Below, in pieces: positions 20,031 to 31,196 of a stretch of 64,000 nucleotides of DNA. The first letter of the stretch is position 1. Each line of letters opens with the position of its first letter. The position numbers and the translations under genes were made by a program. The DNA is from Thecamonas trahens ATCC 50062. Lineage: Eukaryota; Protista; Apusomonadida. Under the pieces are notes generated by a model, which ran no database searches, had not been told where the DNA came from, and saw nothing but the letters and a program-made list of their open reading frames with translations. The DNA lies in the NCBI RefSeq assembly GCF_000142905.1, contig NW_013657626.1, positions 215,942-279,941 of the forward strand, in the 5' to 3' direction.

Positions 20031-22525
20031 ATGAGTGACAGTGTGCCCATCAAGGTCAAGTGCCTCAAGGCCCGCAATACTGTCGAGGTGGACGTCCGTC
20101 TCGACGTACGCCGCGACCTGCCCTGCCCCCCCCCCCCCCCCCTCCCCCCCCTCCCCCCCTCCCCCCCTCCCTCCCCCCCCCCTCCCCCTCCCCCCCTCCC
20201 CCCACCCCCCCCTCCCTCCCTCTCACCCTCTCCCGCCACACACAGATGACGGTGCTGGAGCTGAAGAAGGCCCTGGAGGTCACGACAGGGACGCCCGAAG
20301 AGGCGCAGCGACTGCTGTTCAAGGGCAAGGTGCTCAAGGACGACACCGTGCTCTCCGCTTACGGCATCGCGCCGGAGGTCACCATCCACCTCGTCGAGTC
20401 CAAGCCTCGCCCGGCTGCTCCTGCTCCAGCTACCGCTGGCACAGGTGCCACGGCCTCCTCCTCCGCTACTCCTCTCACGGCACCGGCCCCGACCCCTGCC
20501 GCGGCACCGACCGCAACCGCCGCCACGGTACCGGCCGACGAAGCGCCGACGGCTGCAGCTGCGGCTGCGGGAGGCTTCCCCATCGACGCGCTGCAGTCGG
20601 CCATGCAGAATCTAGTGGCCTCACTTGGCTCGTCCGTGCCCGGGGCGCGGGTCTCTGCCAACGTCATTACCCCGCACGGGGTGCAGACGGTGCATGTCGG
20701 TGGGCATGGCGGTGCTGCTGGGCAGGCAAGCGAGCATGCTCCGCAGCCCGAGGTTGTTCCGGCCCGTCCGCCTCCGCAGCCGGCACGCGCGGCGCTTGAG
20801 CACGTGCAGCAGCAGCTCGCTATCACCGAGGCCATGGTGCGTTCGGTGGAGACCAGGACCAACGTGTCGAGCCCGCTGCCAGCCCTTGGAGAGGCCGAGT
20901 CGCCCATCCGCGTCCTCTCTGAGCTCATGGCCACGCTCAACGGCCACCAGGCTCGGGTCTCGGTCCTCACTGGCCAGCTCTCAGCCGCGCTGGCTGCCGC
21001 TGACGCCGATCCGTCGCCGCAGCGTGTTGCCGACGCGCAGACGCTCGCCCACCTCCTCGCACCCTCGCTTGCGCAGGTCTCGCGACTCTACGGCCAGTTC
21101 TCTTCGCTCTGCCGCGCGCTCGCTGTCTCGGGCTCGGACGCGTACCTCAACATTGCGCAGACGCCCACGCCGACCGTCCACCGGGTCCACATCCATCAGC
21201 GAACTGCGGCGCCGTCGCAGACTCGGGCCCAGGGCGCAAGCCCGGCGCGAGCACAGCCACAGACTCCGACTCAGGCTCCTGCTCCTTCGCAGCAACAGGG
21301 TACTGGCGATCTTGGCACCGTCCTTCGGTCGGTGCTCGATAACCTTGGCGCAGGCACAGCACAGGGCAACTCGGCGTCGACCGCCGCTGATGCGTTCTCG
21401 CAGATTGCCGCGCACCCGGCGGTCGGTGCGCTTGCTCAGCACCCTACGTTTGCGGCGCTCGCGGAGAACCCAGCGGTCAACGCGCTTGTGGGCGATTTTA
21501 TGGGCTTGCTCGGTGGCAATGACGCAGGCGAAGCCGAAGACGGCTCCGGCGAGACGAGCGGCGGGAACAGCGGCGACGGCGACGACGATGACATTCCTTG
21601 GCCGCCGCCGGCTCGCAACCTCACCGACTACATGTTCAACAACTATCTGGCGCGGCCGGCAAACATGATGGCGGTCTCACGGATCGCATCGGGTGCGGGC
21701 TCGCTGCAGGAGATGTACCACGGGTTCAAGGAGCTGTTCGAGAGCGCGCTGCCGACGGCCCACCGTGGGTCAGCGGCCGCAGTGGACGAGCTCGCGGAGG
21801 CCTTTGCCGCCGGCTCGGTCCTTGATGACACAGCACTGCCGCAGGCGCTGCTGGTGGCGCTCAAGCCGAGTGCGCCGCCGATTGCCCCGATTGTCCGCGG
21901 CGTCGTCCAGCAGTACCTCAAGCTCTTCCTGCGGCGGCTGGTCCTCGACTCATTCGAGCCGACTGACGATCGGCCGACACCGTTTGCAGACATGGCCAAC
22001 CGGCTAGTCTCTGTCTTTCTCGGGGCGCTCGCCTCCAAGCTCGTCCCGCACCTCAGCGGCGGCGGCGCCGACGTCGACCATGTCTTTGACCTCGCGTTCC
22101 TCACCGGTGGCGCGCAGTGCCTCCCGATGCTTGCGCCGTTTGAGGCCGCCATCCAAGCCGGCCTCCGTGAGAGGTACGAGTCGTACCAGGCGCTGTCGGC
22201 CTCGGCCTCGGCCTCGGCCTCGGCACCCACGACCACGCCTGCTCCGGTCGCCAGCTCAGCCGCCAGCCTGGACTCGGGTGCAGTGCCAGTGGCACAGACG
22301 CAGTCACAGGCGGTCGCCGACATGCCGCCGCCGCGAATGGCGCCGATCTCCAACCCCGAGCACGCCCAGTTCACCCAACAGCTTGAGGCCGACAGCCGTA
22401 CGGCGCGAACGACAGCCCGCCCGCAGTTTAGCGCCGCGTACCTCACGGGCATGCCGTTGGCGCACCGGACTGCGCTGGAGAAGGAGGCCGAGGCCCAGGC
22501 GGCGGCTACCGAGGCCCTCGACTGA
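20031..22525 (+). CDS. BAG6: BAG6/BAT3 (Scythe)-like ubiquitin-like domain protein, about 784 aa; join(20031..20105,20246..22525)
   Basis: N-terminal UBL (TVLELKK...QRLLFKGKVLKDD...LSAYGI...TIHLVE), Pro/Ala-rich middle, C-terminal PQFSAAYLTGMP resembling the BAG6 LSDAYLSGMP motif; phase-0 GTACGC intron. Confidence 0.72.
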
Positions 22526-22609
22526 GGAGACTTAGTTAGTAGTGTAAAGGTGGAGCAGAGAAGGAGAGAAGAGATGGTTGTTGTGTTTGTTGCGCCTTGG
22601 CAAGCCAGA

Positions 22610-25600
22610 CTACTCGTCGGACGACTCGTTGATAGACGAGAAGGAGGAAGAGTTGCGACGGCCGTTGGTGGCACTGCCGCGGATCGAGTTGCGGCGGCCC
22701 GAGCCGTTGCGGCGGGCGCGCGAGGAGGAGCGGGAGGAGGCGCGCGACGAGGCGCGAGACGACGAGTTGCGGCGAAGCGAAGAGCCCGAAAAGGTGCGCG
22801 GGGCAACGCCGCTGATGGGCGGGGTGGACGGCGCGAGCGGCGGACGGGCGGCGGAGCCGCGGCGCTTGTCGGAGCGCGAGCGACGGGCGACCGAGTCTGC
22901 CGGGCGCGAGAGGAGCGGCAGCTCCGAGCCGGAGGTCTTGCGGCCGCGCGGCGGGACGGCGTCCTCGGGCGGCGAAGGGGTGTCACGTTTGCGGATGGTG
23001 GCGTGGTCGGGCGACGAGCAGCCGGCGTCATACGAGTTGGACGAGGCCTCTGGCGAGTGCGAGGTTTGCTTGCGGGCCGCGACGGCAGGAGGCGGCGTGG
23101 CGCGCGGCTTGGCGATGTGCAGTGGCGGAAGGACGGCCGGATGCGGGCGGGCGGCAGCGGTGGCGGGCACCGAGCCGACGACATCGGCGACAGGCGGGCG
23201 GGCGTGGATGGCGAGGTTCGGGTTGGAACGGTTGGAGCGTGCCGAGAGCATCTCGCGGTTGACCTCGTCGTCGTCGTCGTCAGGCAAGATGGCAGACGCG
23301 TTGCACGAGCGGTTCATGAACCAGAACAGGGCGTAGCCAAAGAGGGCCACGACGAGCACGTTCGAAAGAATAAGCAGAATCTCGAGTGGAAGGACGGCCG
23401 AGTCCGAGTTGACAAAGGTCTTGGAGGAAAAGATGAGGCCGCATGAAAAGGTGATAAGGAGCTGGACGAGGGCAACAGCCTCGAGCTTGTTGATCTTGGA
23501 GTTACGGAACGGCTCGGCGTAGACCTGGACGCAAACGGCAGCAATGAGGGTGAGGAGGAGGCCGTAGAGCGGGAGCGGCGTCGAGTCCGAGGGCAGCACG
23601 GCAATGAGGGCGACGAAGAGGCGGCGGATGAGGATGGCGAGCTCAAACCAAAAGTACTTGGGCTTGTACGAGTAGTACAGGAAGCCGAGCCAGTCGTCGG
23701 TGGCGGTGCCGTGGCGCGAGAGGAGGATATGGTCCTTGGGCAGGATGCCCTGGCGCTCCTCGGGCGAAGGAATGCGGTCCTTCGGGTGGCGGAAGTGGTA
23801 GAGAAGAACGATGAACATAAAGGGGATACCAGCCGCGTAGATAAAGGTGCCTGCGAGGCCGAGTGCAAAGAGCTTGGTGTACTCGGACGACGAAAAGGTG
23901 CACTCGATCCAAGGCGCGGCAAAGAGATACGACCTGCCAAGGGCGTCGTCCTGCGCGCAGAAGAGGGTGGAGAGAACACCGACGGCGATGGGCAGATAGC
24001 CGAGGTTGAGGACGGCGAGCATGACGCGGACAGCGCCGGAGCGCCACTCCCACTCGGTGAGCGAGAAGAGTTTGGTGCCTGCGACGCGGGTGATGACCTG
24101 GACAACGAGGTAGGCAAAGATGGTGAGCGAGAAGACGGCCGGAATGAACACAATCTTGAGGATGGTGTTGGTGGTAAAGGCCGAACCGCCGCCGGAGAGG
24201 CAGTTGAGCATGCCGATGGAAAAGGTGGCCCAAGAAAGGCCGCCGTCAAAGAGCGCGGTGACGTTGGACGGCCACGAGAGAACAGGCGTCTCAGTGACGA
24301 GGACGACTGAGGTCTGGAGGAAAATAAAGAGCGACTTGATGGTCGGCGCGTAAAAACCGGGCATGGAGACCGAGATGGTGTAGAGGTACCAGCCGAGGAA
24401 GAGCGAGCCGTAGACAATGGCGATGATGATGGGCACGACAGAGATGCACTCATCGCAGCGGCGCCCCTTGGAGTAAAAGTCGGTCGAGCACCGCGAGCAG
24501 AGGCGATCCTCGTAGCCACGCTTGCAAACAAACGGGTCGAGCGCGTCGGGGTTACACGCCGACTCGTCGAGGCGGATCTGGTAACAGCGCTCGAGGACAG
24601 GCATGGTACCCTGGGCGCCGTACTGGAGCGGGAACCATCCAGGCGCAATGGTGACTGTACCCGGGCGCACGCTGACGGCGGCAGAGTGGTTGTTTGCAGT
24701 CGTGTACGAGATGTCGACTGCGCCGCCAGAACAGATGACGCGCGTGCCGAGGTTGGAGCAGTCGATGCAATCCCCGTTGGCGCCTGCGGTACCAACCTCG
24801 CAGACGCAGAACCGCGAGCCGTAGTATGACGAGTCGACAAAGATGTTTGAAGAGCCGTCGGTGTTGGTGAAGGAAGGGCAGGCAAAGCGCTGGCCCTCGT
24901 TCTGGATGAATGGGAAGGTGGCGTTGAGCCACGAGTGGAGCGGCTCGTCGCCGAGAGCCATCCGCGGGTTTCCGGTGAGCGTCACAAACGAGACGGTGGC
25001 AAAGGAGGAAGGGATAGTGCCTTCGAGGTCGTTGTTGCGGGCGTTGAACTCGAGGAGAAGAGGCAGCTCACCGATGAACTTGGGCACAGTCCCGGTAACA
25101 TTGTTGTCGTGGACAAGGAGCGAGGAGAGAGCGCGGAAGTATGTCTTGGGTGGGTTGACGGTGACAAAGAGCGAGCCGCGGAGGTCGCCGGTGATCGAGT
25201 TACCGGAAAAGTCTACGACGCCGAGGTCGGCCAGGTCGCGGAGCGGGAAGAGGTAGTCGATCATGGCGCCGGACAGCGCGTTATGAGAGACGCGGAGCGA
25301 GCGGAGTGCGGCAAAGCTGGCGTACGATGACGGCATGGTCGGCCCGGAAAGCGCGTTGTACGAGAGGTCGAGGGTCTTGACAGAGGTGAGCGAGGAGAGC
25401 TCGGGTGGAAAAGCGCCGCTGAACGCGTTGTGGCTGAGGTCGAGGGTCTCGAGGCCGGCCGGAGCCGACGAGGTGAGGCACGCGCCGGCGGAGGAAAAGT
25501 TGTTCCGCGAGGCCGAGAGGCTGGTGAGCGATGGCATGGTGCAGAGAAAGTCGAGCGAGCCGTCAAACGAGTTGCCGTAGATGCGGAGGTCAGTGGCGTT

Positions 25601-26902
25601 GCCGATGCCTGGCGGAAAGGCGCCGTCAAAGTTGTTATCGTAGAGCCAGACCTGGGCGGCGAGGTCAAGGTGGGTGAGCGAGGCCGGAAGGGTGCCGGAG
25701 AGCTGGTTGACCTCCAGCCGGATGGTAGTGAGCTCCTTGAGTTCGCCGAACGAGGCCGGGACGGTTCCGGTGAGCGCGTTCTCGTTGAGGAAGAGGAGCG
25801 AGAGGCTGCTGGCGTTGCCGATGTGTTCCGGGATGGTGCCGGTGAGGAGAGGAGACTCGGAGAGCGAGAAGAAAAACAGGTACGGAGGGGTGGAGATGGC
25901 GGCCGGCACGTCGCCTGTCCACAGGTTGTTGTGGAGGAACATGATGGTGATGAAAGGAATGTCGAAGAGCTCGGACGGAACGGGGCCCTCGAGCTTGTTC
26001 ATCGAAAGGCCGAGCGTCGAGAGCCCAGTGAGACTCGACATGCCGGTAGGGAGCGTACCAGTGAGACCGTTGCCGTCGATATGAAAGTCGGCGAGCGAGG
26101 TCCACTGCGGAATCCACTGCGGGAAGGCCTTGTCAACCAGGGCGTTGTTAACAAACACAAAGTTCTTGATGCTGGTCGATGCGAGGCCGGAAGGCAGCGT
26201 GGTGAACAAGTTGTCGCCCAGGAAGAGCAAATCGAGGCTTGGCATGGAAAGAAAGGCGACCGGGAACTCGCCCGAGAACTTGCAGCTGTACACGTTAAAC
26301 TTTTGGAGCGAGGTCCAGCCTGAGAGGTCCGGCAGCTCGCCCGTGATCTCGCCGGCGCGCTGGAGCGAAAACTCCTTCATAGCGGTGAGGCCGGCCCACG
26401 ACGCCGGCATCGTTCCGGTCAGCGCATTGCCGGGCATCGGGTTGAAGAGGTAGGTGAGGAAGCTGGTGGGCATCGGGAAGACACCAAAGTTGAGGTGCTC
26501 GAGCCGCGAGAGCGAGCCGATGGCGGCTGGCAGCGAGCCCGAAATGGCGTTGGTGGACAGGTCAAGGCGCTTGAGCTCGACAAGGTTCCACGCCGCCGCG
26601 GTGTCGGGCAGCGTCCCGGTGAGCCCGTTGGACGGGAGCGAGACCGCGGTCACGTGGTTGAGCCCATCCGAGGTGGCCGTCGAGCAAGTAACGCCATGGT
26701 ACGAGCACGGATCGGGGCCGGGCGTGTTCCACCCGGTCGAGATGGTCCAGAGGCCGCTGAGACCGCCAAGTGAAGCAAAGAGCGTGTCGAGGGCTACCTT
26801 TTCTTCAGCGAGCGTCCCTGCTTGGCCGCCGACAAACAGCGAGGCAAGGACAATAATGGTGACGGTTGCAGAGAGCATGATGTTGCAACGTGTCACCTTC
26901 AT
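22610..26902 (-). CDS. Receptor-like protein: signal peptide, LRRNT cap, about 20 plant-type extracellular LRRs, Cys-rich linker, about 8-9 TM helices (TRP/FLC-like TM block), Ser/Arg-rich cytosolic tail
   Basis: W...DPCSYHGVTC cap; repeats LxxLxLxxNxLxGxIP; CVCEVG and CKRGYEDRLCSRCSTDFY...CDEC; TM-block motifs LGFLYYSYKPKYFWFELAILIRRL and EPFRNSKINKLE. Start could also be the ATG at 26878. Confidence 0.85.
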   Translation of the reverse strand: MKVTRCNIMLSATVTIIVLASLFVGGQAGTLAEEKVALDTLFASLGGLSGLWTISTGWNTPGPDPCSYHGVTCSTATSDGLNHVTAVSLPSNGLTGTLPDTAAAWNLVELKRLDLSTNAISGSLPAAIGSLSRLEHLNFGVFPMPTSFLTYLFNPMPGNALTGTMPASWAGLTAMKEFSLQRAGEITGELPDLSGWTSLQKFNVYSCKFSGEFPVAFLSMPSLDLLFLGDNLFTTLPSGLASTSIKNFVFVNNALVDKAFPQWIPQWTSLADFHIDGNGLTGTLPTGMSSLTGLSTLGLSMNKLEGPVPSELFDIPFITIMFLHNNLWTGDVPAAISTPPYLFFFSLSESPLLTGTIPEHIGNASSLSLLFLNENALTGTVPASFGELKELTTIRLEVNQLSGTLPASLTHLDLAAQVWLYDNNFDGAFPPGIGNATDLRIYGNSFDGSLDFLCTMPSLTSLSASRNNFSSAGACLTSSAPAGLETLDLSHNAFSGAFPPELSSLTSVKTLDLSYNALSGPTMPSSYASFAALRSLRVSHNALSGAMIDYLFPLRDLADLGVVDFSGNSITGDLRGSLFVTVNPPKTYFRALSSLLVHDNNVTGTVPKFIGELPLLLEFNARNNDLEGTIPSSFATVSFVTLTGNPRMALGDEPLHSWLNATFPFIQNEGQRFACPSFTNTDGSSNIFVDSSYYGSRFCVCEVGTAGANGDCIDCSNLGTRVICSGGAVDISYTTANNHSAAVSVRPGTVTIAPGWFPLQYGAQGTMPVLERCYQIRLDESACNPDALDPFVCKRGYEDRLCSRCSTDFYSKGRRCDECISVVPIIIAIVYGSLFLGWYLYTISVSMPGFYAPTIKSLFIFLQTSVVLVTETPVLSWPSNVTALFDGGLSWATFSIGMLNCLSGGGSAFTTNTILKIVFIPAVFSLTIFAYLVVQVITRVAGTKLFSLTEWEWRSGAVRVMLAVLNLGYLPIAVGVLSTLFCAQDDALGRSYLFAAPWIECTFSSSEYTKLFALGLAGTFIYAAGIPFMFIVLLYHFRHPKDRIPSPEERQGILPKDHILLSRHGTATDDWLGFLYYSYKPKYFWFELAILIRRLFVALIAVLPSDSTPLPLYGLLLTLIAAVCVQVYAEPFRNSKINKLEAVALVQLLITFSCGLIFSSKTFVNSDSAVLPLEILLILSNVLVVALFGYALFWFMNRSCNASAILPDDDDDEVNREMLSARSNRSNPNLAIHARPPVADVVGSVPATAAARPHPAVLPPLHIAKPRATPPPAVAARKQTSHSPEASSNSYDAGCSSPDHATIRKRDTPSPPEDAVPPRGRKTSGSELPLLSRPADSVARRSRSDKRRGSAARPPLAPSTPPISGVAPRTFSGSSLRRNSSSRASSRASSRSSSRARRNGSGRRNSIRGSATNGRRNSSSFSSINESSDE

Positions 26903-28266
26903 CCTCAATGATCAATCAAAAAGGGGTCACAAGGACGACGAAGGAGAGGAGGAGAGGGAGAGGGTGGGGGAGGTCGGAGCAAAGTCAAACTACCACGCGA
27001 GAACAGGCGGACAAGGGGACCACTTGTCGTAGACCGCGGTATGTCCTGCTGCGGAACTGGTGTTGTGTCGGTGGTGTGCGACGGGTGTGTTGCTCTGAAG
27101 GGAGGGGGGGAGGGTGTTCCGTCTAAAGTGTGGCCAGCGGGGATGCAACCGTTGCTTAAAAACGACGTGTTGTTGTTCGGTGGATATGCGGTGGATGGCG
27201 ACAATGTCACGGGGACGGCTATACAATGGCTTATGTTGTCGAGGGTGTTGTCAAGTCGTGTGTTGGCGGCTGTGGAGGGGTAGGGGAGGGATGAAGAGGT
27301 AGGGAAGTCGGGCGAGGGGAGTCGGGCGGGGGGTGAGCGGCAGCTTGTGGATTGCGGGTTAGCCTCACTCTTCGAAGTTGAGTGCCATTCCACGCCAAGC
27401 GTTTGTCATGGCATTGACGTGCGGGAGAACACATGAGCACGTGCAGGAGGTGCGGCAAACTAGGCCGCTCTGTTTACGGAGGCGGCCGGAGGCAGGCCAT
27501 CGGAGGGAAGCAGTGGTATGCCACACGGCATCGAGAGAGGCGCGCACGGGGGGAGGGGGGGGGGGGGGGGGGTCCAGGATCGGGCTCGGCGGTGGGTGGC
27601 CCGAGATGGAGTTAGACGGACGCGGTGGCGTCGGTAGCCGACTTGTTACACTGATGATNNNNNNNNNNNNNNNNNNNNNNNNNNNNNNNNNNNNNNNNNN
27701 NNNNNNNNNNNNNNNNNNNNNNNNNNNNNNNNNNNNNNNNNNNNNNNNNNNNNNNNNNNNNNNNNNNNNNNNNNNNNNNNNNNNNNNNNNNNNNNNNNNN
27801 NNNNNNNNNNNNNNNNNNNNNNNNNNNNNNNNNNNNNNNNNNNNNNNNNNNNNNNNNNNNNNNNNNNNNNNNNNNNNNNNNNNNNNNNNNNNNNNNNNNN
27901 NNNNNNNNNNNNNNNNNNNNNNNNNNNNNNNNNNNNNNNNNNNNNNNNNNNNNNNNNNNNNNNNNNNNNNNNNNNNNNNNNNNNNNNNNNNNNNNNNNNN
28001 NNNNNNNNNNNNNNNNNNNNNNNNNNNNNNNNNNNNNNNNNNNNNNNNNNNNNNNNNNNNNNNNNNNNNNNNNNNNNNNNNNNNNNNNNNNNNNNNNNNN
28101 NNNNNNNNNNNNNNNNNNNNNNNNNNNNNNNNNNNNNNNNNNNNNNNNNNNNNNNNNNNNNNNNNNNNNNNNNNNNNNNNNNNNNNNNNNNNNNNNNNNN
28201 NNNNNNNNNNNNGGGGGGGGGGGGGTCCGAGGATCGGGCTCGGCGGTGGGGTGGCCCGAGATGGAG

Positions 28267-28866
28267 TTAGACGGACGCGGTGGCGTCGGTAGCCAGGCTG
28301 ACGTCAGTGTCCGAGTTGGCGTCTGGCTCGGCAGCAAGCTCGCGCTGGAGCTCGTTGATTGCAAAGAGGAGGAGGGAGAACTGCTTTGTCCGTCGGCTCT
28401 TCTTGGCGGCGAGGGCGTGCTCGGCGGCGTCGAGGGCGTCGAGACGCGAGCGGACGTTGTCCAGGGCCGCCAGCGAGTCTGAACGCTTGGGGAACTCGGA
28501 GATCTTGGAGGCGAGCATGTCGTACTCCTCGTTGTTGCGCCGCTTAACCCTCTCGGCCGCGAGGCGGTCCTGCAGGGTGGCGACGTCGTCGGCGACTGCG
28601 AGCTCTGCGGCGCGGATGCCCTCCAGCGCCTTCTCGTACAGCTCGTGCTGAGCTGCCGCACGGCCGTGCAGAGCCCTGCTCCGGCCCATGTCCAGCGCAT
28701 ACGTCTCCAAGTCGCGCAGCAGCGCGCTCGCCGTCCGCTCCACCTCGTCCGCATCGACAGGCTCTGCCTTGAGCGACTTGGCGAGGAGAAAGTAGCGCTT
28801 GACAATGTTGGTCAGCTGCGGCTTCTCGCCCAGCTCGAGCCTGGCCCGCACAACGTCTTCGTCCAT
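28267..28866 (-). CDS. THOC7: THO complex subunit 7 (THOC7/Mft1), 199 aa
   Basis: DEDVVRARL N-terminus, coiled coil with RRNNEEYDMLASKISEFPKRSDS and RRTKQFSLLLFAINELQ, typical of THOC7. Confidence 0.85.
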   Translation of the reverse strand: MDEDVVRARLELGEKPQLTNIVKRYFLLAKSLKAEPVDADEVERTASALLRDLETYALDMGRSRALHGRAAAQHELYEKALEGIRAAELAVADDVATLQDRLAAERVKRRNNEEYDMLASKISEFPKRSDSLAALDNVRSRLDALDAAEHALAAKKSRRTKQFSLLLFAINELQRELAAEPDANSDTDVSLATDATASV

Positions 28867-29266
28867 GGTGTGTGGAGGAGTGGGGTGGTGGGAGGGGTGA
28901 GAGCGGAGGTGGGGTTGTGGGAGGGGTGAGAGTGGCGGCGGTGACGGGGCAAACTTGGTCAGTGCAGCCAGGGAGGGGTTGGAGGGGGGTTGACAGGGGA
29001 GAAAATTCTTTTAGTGGGGCTGGGACAAATTTTCTCAGTTTTACTTGCGGAGAATTATGACTACAAATTGGCGCACACGGGTCAAGTCCGCCGTTGAGTG
29101 GTGGAGCTCAGCAGAGGAGTGCGATTGAAAGCTTGTGGTTATGACGGGGGACGGTCGTTGATTTTCTTAGATGCGATGGCTGTGGGCGGAGGAGGCATAC
29201 GGGAAGGCTAGCGTGGGCTCTTTCTTCATGCCAGCGCGATGTGGCGGCGCGGTGTTGCGGCGTTGG

Positions 29267-30514
29267 CTAGACCCGTGCAAGCGTGATGCGCCAACGGAGG
29301 ATGGTGAAGAGGAGGGTGACAAGAGTTGGCACAAAGTAAACGACGAGCGAGGGGATGGAGCGGAGGATGCGGAGGATACGTCCGAGGAGCGAGGTGGCGA
29401 GCTGGAGCGCGTCCATGACAAAGGCAGCGAGCGAGAACGACGACGGGTTGGAGGCTGCGGCGACGCGGGAGCGCGGCGCACCCGGGTTGGCCCGGATGGA
29501 GCGCTGGAACGACGACGACGACGACGCCGGCGCCGCGGCCGACGATGCGCGGGTGTGGGCGTCGACCATAGCCGAGAGCTCGTCGACGCGGGCGAGCGCA
29601 GCGTGAAGCCGGGCCTCGAGACGGGCTACGAGCGCGGCCATGGCGGCGAGCGGATCACGCTGGCTCGCGGCGGCAGCGTCGCCGTCGTCACTCTCAACCA
29701 GGCTCGTGTCGCCATCCATGGTCTGGGTGGTGTCGTGATAGAGAGTGGCGGCCGAGGCGGCTGAAAGTGCCGAGGCGTCCGAGGCGAGCGAGGTGGAGAG
29801 CGCCGGCGGGATCGGGCGGAGCTCGCCGTAGATGTGCGGGAGCGGCACGACCGGACGGTCGTCAGGCGCAGCAAGCCACTCGCGAAAGTACTTCATGTAC
29901 ATCGAGGCCGACGAGGTGGCGAGGCCAATGATGAAGACCTCAAAGACCGAGCCGAGGAGCGGCATGGAGAACGAGATGCGACAGTGCGCCTCGACCACAA
30001 TGCCCGGCACGCCGGCCTCTGCCCGCAGCGCCTCCAGCTGAGTCGTGCTCTGCACGCCTGACGCCACCTCGGGATCCATCAGCAGCGCCGCGCCGGCAGC
30101 GGCATCGTCAACAACCCGGAAGACGACGCGGGCGTTGAAAAAGGTGGCCATGAGGTTGGGCCCAAAGTCGGCCTGGGTGAAGAACTTGCCATCGCGGGTA
30201 AAGACCAGCAGCTGGCGCTCGGTCATGCCCACCGTGTTGGTCCCCACCACCGAGGCGATGGCCGCCGGAAACGGAATGCCCACCGCGTTAAAGGTGCAGA
30301 TCCGCTCGTAGGCCCGAGTCAGCTCGCCCAGCGCCACCCCCGTCGCCGCCGCCGCGTCAGGCAAGCCCGCTGGCTCCCACTCGGTGATGACCACGTCCTC
30401 GTCGGCCCGCGCTGCCGCATGGTACGTCGCCTTGAGTCCTGCATCACACCCGTACTCGAGAAACGTCTGCGCAGTGCAGGGGAACCAGCCAGCTACACGT
30501 CCGACGCGCACCAT
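29267..30514 (-). CDS. Probable VASt/StART-like (helix-grip) lipid-binding protein with coiled coil and hydrophobic C-terminus, 415 aa
   Basis: N-terminal about 215 aa has a helix-grip pattern (FPCTAQTF...DVVITEW...RICTF...ERQ...FFNARVVFRV...HCRISF...C-terminal helix); then LVARLEARL coiled coil and LVVYFVPTLVTLLFTIL putative TM. Confidence 0.55.
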   Translation of the reverse strand: MVRVGRVAGWFPCTAQTFLEYGCDAGLKATYHAAARADEDVVITEWEPAGLPDAAAATGVALGELTRAYERICTFNAVGIPFPAAIASVVGTNTVGMTERQLLVFTRDGKFFTQADFGPNLMATFFNARVVFRVVDDAAAGAALLMDPEVASGVQSTTQLEALRAEAGVPGIVVEAHCRISFSMPLLGSVFEVFIIGLATSSASMYMKYFREWLAAPDDRPVVPLPHIYGELRPIPPALSTSLASDASALSAASAATLYHDTTQTMDGDTSLVESDDGDAAAASQRDPLAAMAALVARLEARLHAALARVDELSAMVDAHTRASSAAAPASSSSSFQRSIRANPGAPRSRVAAASNPSSFSLAAFVMDALQLATSLLGRILRILRSIPSLVVYFVPTLVTLLFTILRWRITLARV

Positions 30515-31196
30515 AGTGGAGAGGTGGTTGTGGTTGAGTTGTTGACGTGGCTGGCGAGGGGGAGGGAGGGGGGAGGGAGAGAGGGGAACGATCGGGGCGA
30601 TCGGAGGGTTAAGGGGGGTAGGAGATGGAGGGGGGGCGGGGATGCGAGGTTTGCGTGTGGGGGGGGGGGCGGATTCTGGTTGATGGGGGGCGGAGGAGGG
30701 AGAGGGGGAAGGGCGCCGACGTGAAATCGGGGATCAATGGTGTCGCCCTGACAGTTCGGAAGCCGACGTGCAGATCGGTGGCCGCTTAGACTCTAGTTGA
30801 CACCAGAGAACACAGCAGAGTGTGCGATAAAGCATGCAAGTGAGGAAGGGTGGTGCCTGTGGCTTGATGCGAGATACTGGTCGCCGCGATCTGGTTGTGG
30901 TTGTGCTGGTTATAGGCACACGGAGATGCCATCGTTTGCCCGGATGGTTTGCTGCAAAAACCATCTCAGTCCGATCGATGCGGGCCAGCCAACTCATGAG
31001 ATGAGATGGTGTGTGTGTGTGTGTGTGCGTGTGTGTGTGTGTGTGTGTGTGACTGATGGCGGTGTCTGGGTGGCGGTCGGGTGGCAGGTGCAGGTGGCCG
31101 GTAGCAGCGGGTGGCGGGTGGCGGGCAGTGGCGGTTGTTGCAGAATCGAGCCAGGTCGGCTTTCGGCACCACTTCACCCCCACCTCCCTGAGCAAC

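Noticed and set aside
30738-30870. H/ACA-like hairpin followed by AGAGAA in the UAP56 upstream region
   Set aside because: Second hairpin is weak and has no correctly placed terminal ACA.
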